Positions 39,503-50,717 of a stretch of 64,000 nt of DNA are shown here, in pieces (position 1 is the first letter of the stretch; each line of letters starts with the position of its first letter). This DNA is from Microcystaceae cyanobacterium. Lineage in GTDB: Bacteria; Cyanobacteriota; Cyanobacteriia; Cyanobacteriales; Microcystaceae. The notes beneath the pieces were generated by a model. It worked only from the letters and a program-made list of their open reading frames with translations, did no database searches and was not told where the DNA came from. The translations under genes were made by a program, and so were the position numbers. The DNA lies in NCBI GenBank assembly GCA_041746575.1, contig JBGTGT010000123.1, forward strand, positions 32,001-96,000, read 5' to 3'.

Positions 39503-41938
39503 TTACTTAATATTCGGATAGGCAATTCGTTTATGATGGAACTGTTGCCAAACTTTGGTAAAAACATCAGCAATAATCGGTAATTCTTCAAAAGTGATGC
39601 CACTATCCTTTAATTGTCCATCGCGCCAACGGGCTTTAAAAATCTTTTTAATTAACGCTGAAGCCGCTTCAGGTGTGCCTTCTCGCATAGATCTTAGAGC
39701 CGCTTCACAGCCATCCGCTAACATGACAATTCCTGTTTCTCTACATTGAGGAATTGGACCTGCATACCGAAAGTCATCTTCTAAAACAGGAGCAATTTTT
39801 TCTTGTTCTGCCTGTTGTTTGGCTTGGAAATAAAAATATGATATTAATAATTGTCCTTGATGTTCGGGAATAAAATCTTGAATTTTTTTGGGTAAACCGT
39901 ATTGTTTTGCCATCACTAAACCTTCACTGACGTGCTTTTTGATAATTTCGGTACTCACCCAAGGATCATCAATTTCATCATGTTTATTCGGCCCTCCCAT
40001 TTGATTCTCAATAAAGCCTAACGGATCGTGCATTTTCCCAATATCATGGTAAAGCGTTCCTGCCCTTATTAATTCAACATTACAATTCAATTCTCTCGCC
40101 GCCGCTTCCGCTAAACAAGAAACAAATAACGTATGTTGAAACGTACCGGGGGTTTCGGTCGCTAATCGTTTTAATAACGTGCAGTTTGGATTCGCTAACT
40201 CCACGAGACGAATTGGCGTAACTAAATCAAAAAAGCGTTCTAAATAAGGGGAAAGACCGATGGCTAAGACCGTCCAAACCATCCCTGATACGCCACAAAC
40301 GATCGCTTTCGGCAACAAAAAATACCAAAAGATCCCGCTTCCTCCTGTAACGGCGTTTAAGAGAATATGATAAAGAAAATAGACACCTCCTTGGGTTATT
40401 CCCGTCCCGACTCCTAAAAAAGCCAATTCATCTCTGGATCTTAATCGTCCTGCGATCGCCGCCGCTAAGAGACCACTCGCTGTTCCTGCTAAGAGATAAT
40501 CCCATTGGGGATCTTCAATCGCGAAGGCCGATACTCCCCCTAAAGCTATAACCTGAGTGATTGCAAGGGCAGGACTATAAAAACTACTGGTTAATACGCC
40601 AATCATCGGTAAATTGAGATAACTTTGATTGATGATCGCTAAAATCGGGGTACTGGTACTTAGTAGCCACAATAAGATATGATCCCGACGACGTAAATCT
40701 GCATTCACTCGCCGCGCCACCCAACAAAACGCCCCAATCCCTCCAATCACCAATAAACCCGAAATCCCTAAACCTGTCCCATTAATCTGTCGTTGACTCA
40801 GTTGAAAGCCATCCAACAGGACAAAGGCTTCTTGACTCACCGTTTCTCCGGCTTCGACGATTACCTCTCCTTGGCTAATTTCTACAAAGACGGGTTCAAT
40901 CGCTTCGGATGCTTGCTGGGCAACGAGGTGGGTTGCTTGTTCATCTTTGACTAAATTGGACTCGTTCGCTAAGACTTTGAGCAATAACTCCTTGATAATC
41001 GCTTCAACCGGCTTAGGGAGTTGCTGGTGTAATTGGGAATCAATAATTTCGAGGAGAAGAGAAGGGGGCAGTCCGGCATAGAGTCCTTGGGTTAGCATCC
41101 GATGAACTGCTTCTAGGGTTGCCTGTTGGGTGTTTTGCCATTGACTATCTGTGAGATTAATTAACGCTAAGATATCGGGTTCATCTAAATGGTAAACCGT
41201 TGACATTGGTAAAACGTCTTTGAATTTCTGATATTGCTGTCGAGATTGACGAATTTTATCAATAATCTTTTTTGTATCGGAGGTTTGATTGATTTTTTCG
41301 GTAATTTGCGAAGATAATGTTTTATTAATCTCTTTTGTTGCAGATGATGCTTGAGAAGGGTTGATTTTTTTAAGAATTGCTTGCCATTTTTCTTCAGGAC
41401 ACGTTCTGAGATAGCGTTGGGCTTCTGTACTGAGGAGGGTTTCGTCCAGAAAGGGGAAACTGCCCGCCTGTTGTCGAAATTGTTGAATTTGATCGAGGGT
41501 TTGGGTGACAGTCACTCTTAATTCAATTGTTTTGGTCGGATCTCGCTTTAAAATTGGAATAATATTCGTTTCTACTGCCTTGCGCTTGCTCTCCGTGGTT
41601 TTGGGGTCTTCAAACTGATCGGTTCTAGGCGCAATAATGGTATAGGGCGATTCTGTCCCGACCGTTAATTGAGGTTGATTATAAAAACGATAACCGACTA
41701 GCCCCGTTAGAGAAAAGGCTGCTATTCCTAACATAAGGGGGGGATGGGCATTCAGGAAAGGTTTAGACCGAAAAACTTTCTGATTCAAATCAGAAGCCAG
41801 CTTAAAAGAACAATTTTGCAAATTCTTAAGGGTTTTATTCTCGAATAACAAATGAATCATTCCCGGATGTTGTTTACCGTCGAGCGATGGTTTAAGGGTT
41901 TCTGTTAATTGACGTTGTTTGTTCATATTCATGGTCAA
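39503..41938 (-). CDS. 7TM HD-family phosphohydrolase (PgpH-like)
   Basis: PGTFQH, LYHDIGK, FIENQ, IIKKHV, PEHQG, FRYAGPIP, MLADGCEAA; multi-TM block. Confidence 0.9.
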   Translation of the reverse strand: MTMNMNKQRQLTETLKPSLDGKQHPGMIHLLFENKTLKNLQNCSFKLASDLNQKVFRSKPFLNAHPPLMLGIAAFSLTGLVGYRFYNQPQLTVGTESPYTIIAPRTDQFEDPKTTESKRKAVETNIIPILKRDPTKTIELRVTVTQTLDQIQQFRQQAGSFPFLDETLLSTEAQRYLRTCPEEKWQAILKKINPSQASSATKEINKTLSSQITEKINQTSDTKKIIDKIRQSRQQYQKFKDVLPMSTVYHLDEPDILALINLTDSQWQNTQQATLEAVHRMLTQGLYAGLPPSLLLEIIDSQLHQQLPKPVEAIIKELLLKVLANESNLVKDEQATHLVAQQASEAIEPVFVEISQGEVIVEAGETVSQEAFVLLDGFQLSQRQINGTGLGISGLLVIGGIGAFCWVARRVNADLRRRDHILLWLLSTSTPILAIINQSYLNLPMIGVLTSSFYSPALAITQVIALGGVSAFAIEDPQWDYLLAGTASGLLAAAIAGRLRSRDELAFLGVGTGITQGGVYFLYHILLNAVTGGSGIFWYFLLPKAIVCGVSGMVWTVLAIGLSPYLERFFDLVTPIRLVELANPNCTLLKRLATETPGTFQHTLFVSCLAEAAARELNCNVELIRAGTLYHDIGKMHDPLGFIENQMGGPNKHDEIDDPWVSTEIIKKHVSEGLVMAKQYGLPKKIQDFIPEHQGQLLISYFYFQAKQQAEQEKIAPVLEDDFRYAGPIPQCRETGIVMLADGCEAALRSMREGTPEAASALIKKIFKARWRDGQLKDSGITFEELPIIADVFTKVWQQFHHKRIAYPNIK

Positions 41939-42073
41939 TTACCAAGGCTGAATCAGCGATCGCCGTCGATACAGGTTGAGCGAACCGATCAACGCAACGG
42001 CTTGATAGAATGGCTTTTTTGTCTCAACACACCTCAGCAAAATCGAAAAATTGCGTTTCAATGATATCCGTAT

Positions 42074-42994
42074 TTACTCATGCTCTATCTCTATTATCAA
42101 CGATGGTTCAGATTCTGTGTCCTTCAGCCGAGGAAATTTTACATACTCTTGATGGGAGACGAGACGAAGGGAGGGGCGGTCTTGTAGCGTGAGCGGGGAA
42201 ATAATAGATGTCAAAGGGGTAAGATTCCTATCATAATCTAGTTTACCTGTCCATTTATGCCATAAACAATTTATTTTGTGCAATTTTGATGATTGCTGTT
42301 TATTTTGCTCTAGGGAAACCCACCAAGTCCAAGGCATTCCTTGAATGTTACCATAAGCTCCCCCCAAGGCACTGGTTAATCCTAGCGCAATCGGAGATAA
42401 ATTCATGGCAGATAAACGGTTAAGGCTAAGAGCAAGGGCGTCTGGTGTGGCACAAAAAGAGAATAAAGCTAAAAAAATGCTTGTTAATTCCCTATTCTTT
42501 GGAAAAGATGCACTTTTTTGCAGTTGATTGACAGACACTCCCGTTTCTAATCCCCGTTGCACCTCGATCAGAGCATCTTTAAGCGAAAAATAAGGGTGAT
42601 TGGCAACCAGTTGAGTCATTAAAGACGAAGGAGATAATTTTCGTTTTAATGCGGCAGTTATCGCTTCTGTCCAAAGATATAAAGATTCTTTCGTTGTTTG
42701 AGAAAGTTGATAAGTATGGATAATTTCGTCGAGTTGTTGCTGTAAGGTGAATAAATCATCATGGAAATAAACGATTAGTGGCAATAAGAGCAAACAACAT
42801 TGGGCGGGTTTATCTCTGAGAAAAGTCAAAATTTCCTTCTTATTGAGGCACTTTGTCAAATCAAGGCGATTATGAGCCATCAATGTTTCGATAACGATCA
42901 AGGTCTCTTTTTGCCAAAAGGATTGTTCTATACTGAAAGAAGGAGAAATTAAACCCAATCCTCCGATTAAAGCAGCTTGAAACGCATTAACCAT
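42074..42994 (-). CDS. Degenerate ADP-ribosylglycohydrolase-like protein
   Basis: FQAALIG N-terminus and LTSALGGAYGN..GMP..W motif; catalytic TDD/DTD not evident. Confidence 0.55.
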   Translation of the reverse strand: MVNAFQAALIGGLGLISPSFSIEQSFWQKETLIVIETLMAHNRLDLTKCLNKKEILTFLRDKPAQCCLLLLPLIVYFHDDLFTLQQQLDEIIHTYQLSQTTKESLYLWTEAITAALKRKLSPSSLMTQLVANHPYFSLKDALIEVQRGLETGVSVNQLQKSASFPKNRELTSIFLALFSFCATPDALALSLNRLSAMNLSPIALGLTSALGGAYGNIQGMPWTWWVSLEQNKQQSSKLHKINCLWHKWTGKLDYDRNLTPLTSIISPLTLQDRPSLRLVSHQEYVKFPRLKDTESEPSLIIEIEHE

Positions 42995-43001
42995 TTTTAG
43001 A

Positions 43002-43286
43002 ATGAATTCCTCAAGAAGGCAAGTGTTTGTTTGTCGACATCGTACCTGTCGTCGTCAAGGTTCTCAGCAAGTGAAGGCGGCATTTATGCAACAACGAGTG
43101 AAGGGTGTAGATATCTCTGAATGTGGCTGTTTAGGCGGCTGTGGCAATGGGGTCATGGTCATTATTTTACCTGATAAAATTCGTTATTGTCGAATTACGC
43201 CGCAACGAGTCAGCTTAATTATTGAACAACATTTAAAAAGACATTCTCCTGTTAAAGAATTGATTGATCCCACTTTTGAAGGGTAA
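43002..43286 (+). CDS. Thioredoxin-like [2Fe-2S] ferredoxin
   Basis: VFVCRHRTC...GCLGGCGNG...EQHL. Confidence 0.85.
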   Translation: MNSSRRQVFVCRHRTCRRQGSQQVKAAFMQQRVKGVDISECGCLGGCGNGVMVIILPDKIRYCRITPQRVSLIIEQHLKRHSPVKELIDPTFEG

Positions 43287-43401
43287 AGTGTTATCATCGG
43301 TCAATTCCTATTTCTTGGGTTACTTTATGATCTGAAATCGGAAGCATAAAGTCAGTCAAAGCAGTGATGAATGTAAGTCTTTTAAGGTTTATTAATGATG
43401 G

Positions 43402-43423
43402 GTAGGGGCGCAAAACTTGCGCC
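43402..43423 (+). repeat. GTAG-type REP-like palindrome
   Basis: GTAGGGGCGCAAAACTTGCGCC; related copy at 50574-50596. Confidence 0.6.
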
Positions 43424-43442
43424 GATAATTAGTTGGGTTAAG

Positions 43443-44426
43443 TCATCTTTCACGATTGACTGTATGAAGGGTTTCTAATAATTTGCGGTGACTCCACCCA
43501 TTACTGGCAACAATTCCATAATTATTTACCATTTTAATCCCACAGGAAAAATCAAGGGGTTTACCGTTTAAATCCGTCACTTTTCCTCCTGCTTCTTCCA
43601 CCAGAATAATACCTGCTGCATGATCCCAAATATTCTCTTTCCATGTGATAAAATGAGGTAACGGAATGCGTAAATAAATATCCGCTTCTCCCCTCGCCAC
43701 CACACCATATTTTGCGAGAGAATCCATTTTTTCAGGCGGTTTCGTTATTCCTAAAAGGTGATCAAAAACTTGAGTTTGTTGGCGATCGCTATGACGGGTT
43801 TCTAAGCTCTCAATACGTAATAATTCATGCCATTCTTTGACACGATTAACGTGAATAAAACAAGATTTATTATGGTCTAAATCTATCATTTCTGTGCCTT
43901 GATTTTCTACTGCAACAAAGATTACTCCTTGATTTTCCTGAGGATTTTGAGGATCAAAAGGCAACGCAGGACAAACCAAAACCCCCACTTTAACCCTTCC
44001 CTCCTCAATCAAGGCCAAAGCCACTGCGTACTGATCCCCTCGAATAAAGCCTTTTGTGCCATCAATCGGATCTAATGTCCAATAACGCTGAGAAATTTGA
44101 CCATTACCTCTGTTAATCCAGTCAATCACCTGATCGTCGCTTGCTTGGGGTAAAAATCGTTGAACATTTTCCGTCACTTTCGTTAACGCATCGGGAGATT
44201 CTTGCAATAAGGTTGCGTCTTCTTCGCCAATGATGGGATCATCAGGAAAAATTGCCGATAAACCTTGACAAATTAGAGCTTGTGCGCCAAAATCAGCAAT
44301 AGTGACCGGACTGTCATCGGGTTTTTCTAGGGTTGAAGTGGTAGATTGATAACGAATGTGTTCCGTCAGTTGAGCGGCAAGGGTAGTGGTGGCGATCGCA
44401 ATTTCTCGTTCTTTTTCGTAGGCCAT
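43443..44426 (-). CDS. 3'(2'),5'-bisphosphate nucleotidase, HAL2/SAL1 type
   Basis: SPVTIADF, GEED, WTLDPIDGTKGF, DSLAKY, ENIWDHAAG. Confidence 0.92.
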   Translation of the reverse strand: MAYEKEREIAIATTTLAAQLTEHIRYQSTTSTLEKPDDSPVTIADFGAQALICQGLSAIFPDDPIIGEEDATLLQESPDALTKVTENVQRFLPQASDDQVIDWINRGNGQISQRYWTLDPIDGTKGFIRGDQYAVALALIEEGRVKVGVLVCPALPFDPQNPQENQGVIFVAVENQGTEMIDLDHNKSCFIHVNRVKEWHELLRIESLETRHSDRQQTQVFDHLLGITKPPEKMDSLAKYGVVARGEADIYLRIPLPHFITWKENIWDHAAGIILVEEAGGKVTDLNGKPLDFSCGIKMVNNYGIVASNGWSHRKLLETLHTVNRER

Positions 44427-44431
44427 TTTAA

Positions 44432-45475
<1,044 letters not shown>

Positions 45476-45476
45476 T

Positions 45477-45713
45477 TCACTTTTTCTGGTCATTATCCTT
45501 GGCTCGAACCGCTTTTTCTAAGTCATCAACCTGATTCATCCGTCTATAGCTGGGATTTTTCATTTTTGGATTAAAGGCGTTAACTAAGGAATTATTAAGG
45601 GTGGTTCGAGTCTGGGTACTCCAATTTCCGTAAGGCTTGGGTAAAAAAATATCGCCTACTAAGATAAAAATTAGGCCTCCCAGTACACCAAGGATTAACA
45701 ACTTCTTTAACAT
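45477..45713 (-). CDS. Small membrane-anchored hypothetical protein
   Basis: 78 aa with N-terminal TM helix and GD.FLPKP motif; GGAGGG RBS. Confidence 0.7.
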   Translation of the reverse strand: MLKKLLILGVLGGLIFILVGDIFLPKPYGNWSTQTRTTLNNSLVNAFNPKMKNPSYRRMNQVDDLEKAVRAKDNDQKK

Positions 45714-45843
45714 TCTGAGTCCCTCCTGTTGTTGTATTTAGGGTTATTATGCCCTCGCCGGAGGGTAATTCTTTCAGGTATCTTTAGCTAAGGTTGATCT
45801 TGCGCCCTCGCTATTCTAAAATTTTCTGGTTATCATTGTGATT

Positions 45844-46278
45844 ATGGTTCAATTTAGCAATTCTTCTGCCAATAATGCCCCCAGTCGCTGGCAATATCGA
45901 TTAGATCGATTCGTCAAAACCCATCAATCCTCGTTGGCGGCTTTGGCGTGGGGATTACGTCAAGAATGGGACAATCAGGGCGATATGTTAGGCATTGATC
46001 TTAAAACGACTCCTCATTTTATCTGTTGTTCTTATGAGGCGATCGCTCAATTAAACGAGAATGTTGATTGTAAAATTCAAGAGATATTAGGGATTATTGA
46101 ACATTATGATCCTCAAGAAGAAGTGGTGATTATTACGATCGCCAATAGTCAAATTCAGTTAATTTATTTCCAACCGAATCCGACTCCTCCTGAGTGCTTC
46201 GCTCAGCATCAATTGAACTTAGATCAATTAATTCAGTCTCTAGAAACTGAAATGCAATCTATTGGGATTGAGGATTAA
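45844..46278 (+). CDS. ccmS: Beta-carboxysome assembly chaperone CcmS
   Basis: W..RLDRFVK...LAALAWGL, GIDL..TPHF, QEILGIIE, PPECF; recognised from memory of the Slr1911 family. Confidence 0.75.
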   Translation: MVQFSNSSANNAPSRWQYRLDRFVKTHQSSLAALAWGLRQEWDNQGDMLGIDLKTTPHFICCSYEAIAQLNENVDCKIQEILGIIEHYDPQEEVVIITIANSQIQLIYFQPNPTPPECFAQHQLNLDQLIQSLETEMQSIGIED

Positions 46279-46337
46279 GTAATGATGGTCATTAATCAAA
46301 AACGAATCAGGAAATAATTACAGCAAATGGCAAGTTA

Positions 46338-46537
46338 ACGTGAGTTCGACGAGGGCAATTATCTTAATCCTTTTGTTCATTCTAGTTTATTGGGATTAGA
46401 AAAAGAAAAACAAATTCTTGATTGGGGGACTAGCCCCCCAAACCCCCCAACGGGGGACGGAGTGCCTCCCCCGCACCCCCTGCACAAAAAAATTAAATAA
46501 AGAAGTCTCGTAGATTTTTTGATGGTCGAACTCACGT
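46338..46537. mobile_element. 200-bp MITE with IS982-like ends
   Basis: Perfect 13-bp TIRs ACGTGAGTTCGAC (46338-46350) and GTCGAACTCACGT (46525-46537); 7-bp direct repeat CAAGTTA at 46331-46337 and 46538-46544; no transposase. Confidence 0.88.
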
Positions 46538-46606
46538 CAAGTTAATATCATACACTTCTGGATGCTAATCTTACCTCCTTACAATAAAAAGTCAACGTGA
46601 TTTAAG

Positions 46607-46861
46607 ATGAAACTGATTCTGTATAGTAAACCGGATTGTCATCTCTGTGAAGGATTACAAGAAAAGTTAGCAAAAGTTAAATCAATTCCTCTTGAAATAG
46701 AGGTAAGAGATATTACCACTTCTGAGGATTGGTTTAGTGCTTATCAATACGAAATTCCTGTCCTTTATTGTATTACTCCTCAAGGCGCAACCCTAATTCC
46801 TCGTTTTTCGCCTCGTTCTTCAGTTAAGCAGATTGAAAAAATTCTTCAAACTTATTCATAA
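46607..46861 (+). CDS. Glutaredoxin-like protein (DUF836)
   Basis: LYSKPDCHLC, YQYEIPVL. Confidence 0.88.
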   Translation: MKLILYSKPDCHLCEGLQEKLAKVKSIPLEIEVRDITTSEDWFSAYQYEIPVLYCITPQGATLIPRFSPRSSVKQIEKILQTYS

Positions 46862-46889
46862 TTTTTATCCATTCTAGGAAACATTTCTT

Positions 46890-48215
46890 TTAATTTTGAG
46901 GTAATAAAACGGTTACACTTGTTCCTTGATGCAGTTCACTGTTTATCATAATTTTACCGTGATGATTCTCGACAATGGCAGAAGCGATCGCTAATCCTAA
47001 TCCGCTTCCCCCGGATGCTGAAGGATTGGGTTGATGGTGACGTGCGGGATCAACTCGATAAAAGCGATCAAATAAATGAGAAATATCTTCTTTTGCAATT
47101 CCTATCCCATTATCTTTAACCATGACTTGCAATTGCTTTTGTTTATCTAAATAAAGGACTTGTAAAATGACGTCAACGGTAGGATGGGGCGTAATAACAG
47201 AAACATTGGTATAAATTAAAGCATTACTAATTAAATTTGTAAATAAACGGATCAGTTGTGTCCAATCTCCTATTAGAGTGAATTTGTCCTCAGAATCGCT
47301 CTTAGGCGGATCTAAAACTTGAAAAGAGAGTTTAATCCCTTTATTTTCGGCAAAAATACGCTGTTCTTCGATAACTTCCAGCAATAAAGCATCAAGCGGA
47401 ATTGTTTGAAGATCAACGGGTAATGTTCCACTATCAGATCGGGCTAAAAAAAGCAAATCATTAACTAAATTACCCAAACGTTTCGTTAATCGTTCAATGA
47501 CACTCAATTGCTTGCGCTGAATCTCTGGATTAACGTCAGGATAGTCTAATGCCATTTGAACATTGGTTTGAATCATGGCAATCGGGTTACGCAATTCATG
47601 GGAGGCATCGGCGGTAAATTGCTTTAAACTTTGATAAGAGTCTAAAACAGGTTGAATGGCGATCCCTGACAACCACCATCCTAAGCCAGCGACACAAGTC
47701 AACATAAAGCTGATTAAGAGGGATAAATCCAGAATTAAACGGCGTGTCGGTTTGGTGACTTCAAACCACGGATGACTGACTCGCAGGTATCCTAGCACTT
47801 GATGATTCATCTCAATACGTTCAGTAACTTGTCGCAATAAGTGATTAAGAGAAAGACGGACAGTCGTGGCGGTATGTTTAGGATTGAGGGGAATTTTCGG
47901 CGGCTCGCTGAAAGTTGACCACATTAGAATCCCTTGAGGGTTAAACCATTCAAGATCAATATGATCATCTTCTACCGCCTCTGCATTAGGTTGAAAACTC
48001 GCTTCTACGTTAATTTGATAGCGATTAGTGTCAGTAATTGACTGAATGACGAGGGAACGATGAATGACTTCGACAACGTGCTTCAGGGTATCATCTATTC
48101 GTTCAATTAAGGTGCTACGAACATAAAAATAAATGCCTGTGGCAAAGAGAAAAAGTAGGATTGCCGTAATAATAGTGTACCACAATGCTAAACGGCGACG
48201 CGTCGTTTGAAACAT
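46890..48215 (-). CDS. manS: Two-TM sensor histidine kinase, ManS/Hik27-like
   Basis: H box ADASHELRNP, N/G1/F/G2 boxes. N-terminus MFQTTRRRLALWY resembles ManS. Kinase call is firm; the ortholog call is less so. Confidence 0.75.
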   Translation of the reverse strand: MFQTTRRRLALWYTIITAILLFLFATGIYFYVRSTLIERIDDTLKHVVEVIHRSLVIQSITDTNRYQINVEASFQPNAEAVEDDHIDLEWFNPQGILMWSTFSEPPKIPLNPKHTATTVRLSLNHLLRQVTERIEMNHQVLGYLRVSHPWFEVTKPTRRLILDLSLLISFMLTCVAGLGWWLSGIAIQPVLDSYQSLKQFTADASHELRNPIAMIQTNVQMALDYPDVNPEIQRKQLSVIERLTKRLGNLVNDLLFLARSDSGTLPVDLQTIPLDALLLEVIEEQRIFAENKGIKLSFQVLDPPKSDSEDKFTLIGDWTQLIRLFTNLISNALIYTNVSVITPHPTVDVILQVLYLDKQKQLQVMVKDNGIGIAKEDISHLFDRFYRVDPARHHQPNPSASGGSGLGLAIASAIVENHHGKIMINSELHQGTSVTVLLPQN

Positions 48216-48316
48216 AATATATTAAAGTAGCCACGTAAATAAAAACAAAATAATGATCAAAATAATGATAAATGCCACCTTTCTAGGTTTTTTCTTTTCT
48301 TGCGTCTCAATACTTT

Positions 48317-50074
48317 TTAATACTTTCCCAGACGATAATTTTCTGCTTTTGTTAGTAAGGATTCTGCAAACGCCATCGCTTCTTCTGCTGAATGTCCTCC
48401 CGTCAGTTGTGCGAGTTCATCCCGTCGAGTATGATGAGAGTCTAAAGCTTTTACCCTTACGACTGTGCGAATTTCTGGCATCGTCATTTGTCCTGTCTCT
48501 AAATCCAAAATGGGGGTAGATTCTTCTATCATTTGCTTGATTACCCGAAAGTGAGTATCTGCCATTGCCGCCACTAGGGGTTGATGGGTGACGCATAAGA
48601 CTTGATGGTATTCACTCAGTTGATGGAGTTTTAGCGCGATCGCTTGTGCCACTTTTCCTGACACTCCTGCGTCTATTTCATCAAAGATCAGTGTCTCTGA
48701 GGGTTGATCAGCATCGGTAAAGCAGGCTTTTAAGGCTAAGAGAAAACGACTCATTTCGCCGCCTGATGCGGTCTCTGCAAGCGGTTGTACTTTTTCACCC
48801 GGATTCGGGCTAAAATAAAAGCTCACTTGATCTTCACCTGTTGCCGTTGGTGCTGTTGGGGTGATTTGGCAGACAAAGATCACTTTATCCATCGCTAAGG
48901 GTTTCAATTCTTTGACCAGTTGTTTTTCTAGTTTTTCAGCCGCTTGTTGACGTAATAGGGTTAATTGATGACATTCTGTTCGTAAAATCTCTTGTTTATT
49001 TTGAAAATCTTCTTCTAACGCTTCTAGGGATTGTTCATTGTGGGTGAATTCTTCATATTCCCTTTGTAAGTTTTGGTAAAAGGCGATCGCTTCGGGTAAA
49101 CTCGGCCCATATTTACGACAAATTCGTTTTAACAGTTGAATTCGTTCTTCTATCTCCTGTAAGCGTTGGGGATCACTGTCTAAGCCGTCACCATAGCTGT
49201 TGATTTGGTTTCCTGCCTCTACGACTTGAGTTAAGGCAGTTTGAATCATTTCTAAGATCGGTTCAATTTCTTTGTCATATTCAACCATATTTAGGAGAAT
49301 AGACTCAGTTTGTCCTAATAAATCAGAAACGGCTTCTCCTTGATCATTTTGGTATAAAATTTGATAGGATTGGTAACTCAATTGTTGCAATTCAACGATA
49401 TGGGATAAGCGATCGCGTTCTTGTTCAAGGGTTTCCTCTTCATTCGGATCACTTAATTGTGCTTCCTCAAGTTCTTTTCGTTGATATTCCAGAATATCTA
49501 AGCGTTGCAAGCGATCTTTCTCAGCTTGAATGCGTTTATCAAGTACTCTTTTGGCTTCTTGACTAAGGCTATAAGCATTTTCTACCTGTTGCCGTTGCTG
49601 TAACACCTCTTTTCCGCCATAAGCGTCGAGTAATTCCCGTTGATGTTGGGGGTTAACCAGATGCACTGTTTGACCTTGTGCAGTAATTTCGACTAAATAT
49701 TCTCTTAGTTGGGAAATTTGCTGAAGATTGACGACAATTCCATTGACTCGACAGCGAGAGCGTAAGGTAGATTTATTTAATGTCAATTCTCGACTACAGA
49801 TAATCGTGCGATCATCCAATGGCTCAATATCTTGGTCTTGTAACCATTGTTCTATTTTAGGATGGGTTTGAAAGGTTGCTTCAATGATCGCCTGTTGCGT
49901 GCCTTGACGAATCCAACGACTGGTGGCTTTTCCCCCTAAGACAATATCAATGGCATCAAGTATAATAGATTTTCCTGCGCCTGTTTCACCTGTTAAGACG
50001 CTTAATCCAGAGAAAAACGTCAATTCTAGCTGATCGACTAAGGCAAAGTTTTCAATACGCAAGCAAGAAAGCAT
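48317..50074 (-). CDS. recN: DNA repair protein RecN
   Basis: LTGETGAGKS, ASGGEMSR, FDEIDAGVSG, VTHQP. Confidence 0.97.
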   Translation of the reverse strand: MLSCLRIENFALVDQLELTFFSGLSVLTGETGAGKSIILDAIDIVLGGKATSRWIRQGTQQAIIEATFQTHPKIEQWLQDQDIEPLDDRTIICSRELTLNKSTLRSRCRVNGIVVNLQQISQLREYLVEITAQGQTVHLVNPQHQRELLDAYGGKEVLQQRQQVENAYSLSQEAKRVLDKRIQAEKDRLQRLDILEYQRKELEEAQLSDPNEEETLEQERDRLSHIVELQQLSYQSYQILYQNDQGEAVSDLLGQTESILLNMVEYDKEIEPILEMIQTALTQVVEAGNQINSYGDGLDSDPQRLQEIEERIQLLKRICRKYGPSLPEAIAFYQNLQREYEEFTHNEQSLEALEEDFQNKQEILRTECHQLTLLRQQAAEKLEKQLVKELKPLAMDKVIFVCQITPTAPTATGEDQVSFYFSPNPGEKVQPLAETASGGEMSRFLLALKACFTDADQPSETLIFDEIDAGVSGKVAQAIALKLHQLSEYHQVLCVTHQPLVAAMADTHFRVIKQMIEESTPILDLETGQMTMPEIRTVVRVKALDSHHTRRDELAQLTGGHSAEEAMAFAESLLTKAENYRLGKY

Positions 50075-50436
50075 AAGATTGTTAAATTGAAACGATGAAT
50101 CAACGGTCAGCCATTTCTCAAGCTTTCTGTATTTTAAACTAAATTAAGATCAAGATTTTAGGGAAGCAGAACAGAATGTAACTAAAATAGGATTTACAGA
50201 ATCATTGAGTCGTGCTTAAGATTACTCTTTTAGGAATTGTGCCATCGTCACTATCAGATATTCATTAAAAGAAAACATGATTACATTCATGTAAGTACAA
50301 ATAAGCATATAAGAGCAAGAAAATACAATCATAAAAATTGAAATGACTCACCGGTTATTTCAAAATATGGAATTGCAGCCCCTTGCTACAGTCTTTTGGC
50401 ATGATTCAATTTGAGACAGTTAATGTTAATATAGCT

Positions 50437-50545
50437 TTAAATTTTCTCAATGGGTGCTAATTTTGGGTCAATAATTTTTTGTCCTAAACCTTCAAATTTA
50501 ACTGCAATATTTATTTTATTGCCAGCTCTCAAAAGACGAGTGAGA
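50437..50545 (-). pseudogene. Orphan 3'-terminal fragment of a pcrA/uvrD-like helicase gene
   Basis: Translates to LTRLLRAGNKINIAVKFEGLGQKIIDPKLAPIEKI*, resembling the cyanobacterial PcrA C-terminal Tudor-like tail. Confidence 0.6.
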
Positions 50546-50573
50546 TCAAATCCGTTTAAACGACCATAATTCC

Positions 50574-50596
50574 GTAAGGGTGCAAGGCTTGCGCCC
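50574..50596 (+). repeat. Degenerate GTAG-type REP-like palindrome
   Basis: GTAAGGGTGCAAGGCTTGCGCCC; related to the 43402 copy. Confidence 0.55.
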
Positions 50597-50717
50597 ATCT
50601 TGCTCCAAAGAGATTATGTAAAAGGCGATCGCCCCTGAAATAAAACGGCTACCATAACCACAAGATAGATTAATAGGAGTCTCCAAACTTCAACTTATCT
50701 ACTAAATTCTTGTGAGA

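Noticed and set aside
50165..50185. LexA box upstream of recN (AGTTACATTCTGTTCT on the minus strand)
   Set aside because: Spacing is one base off the cyanobacterial RGTAC-N3-DGTWC consensus; too weak to call.
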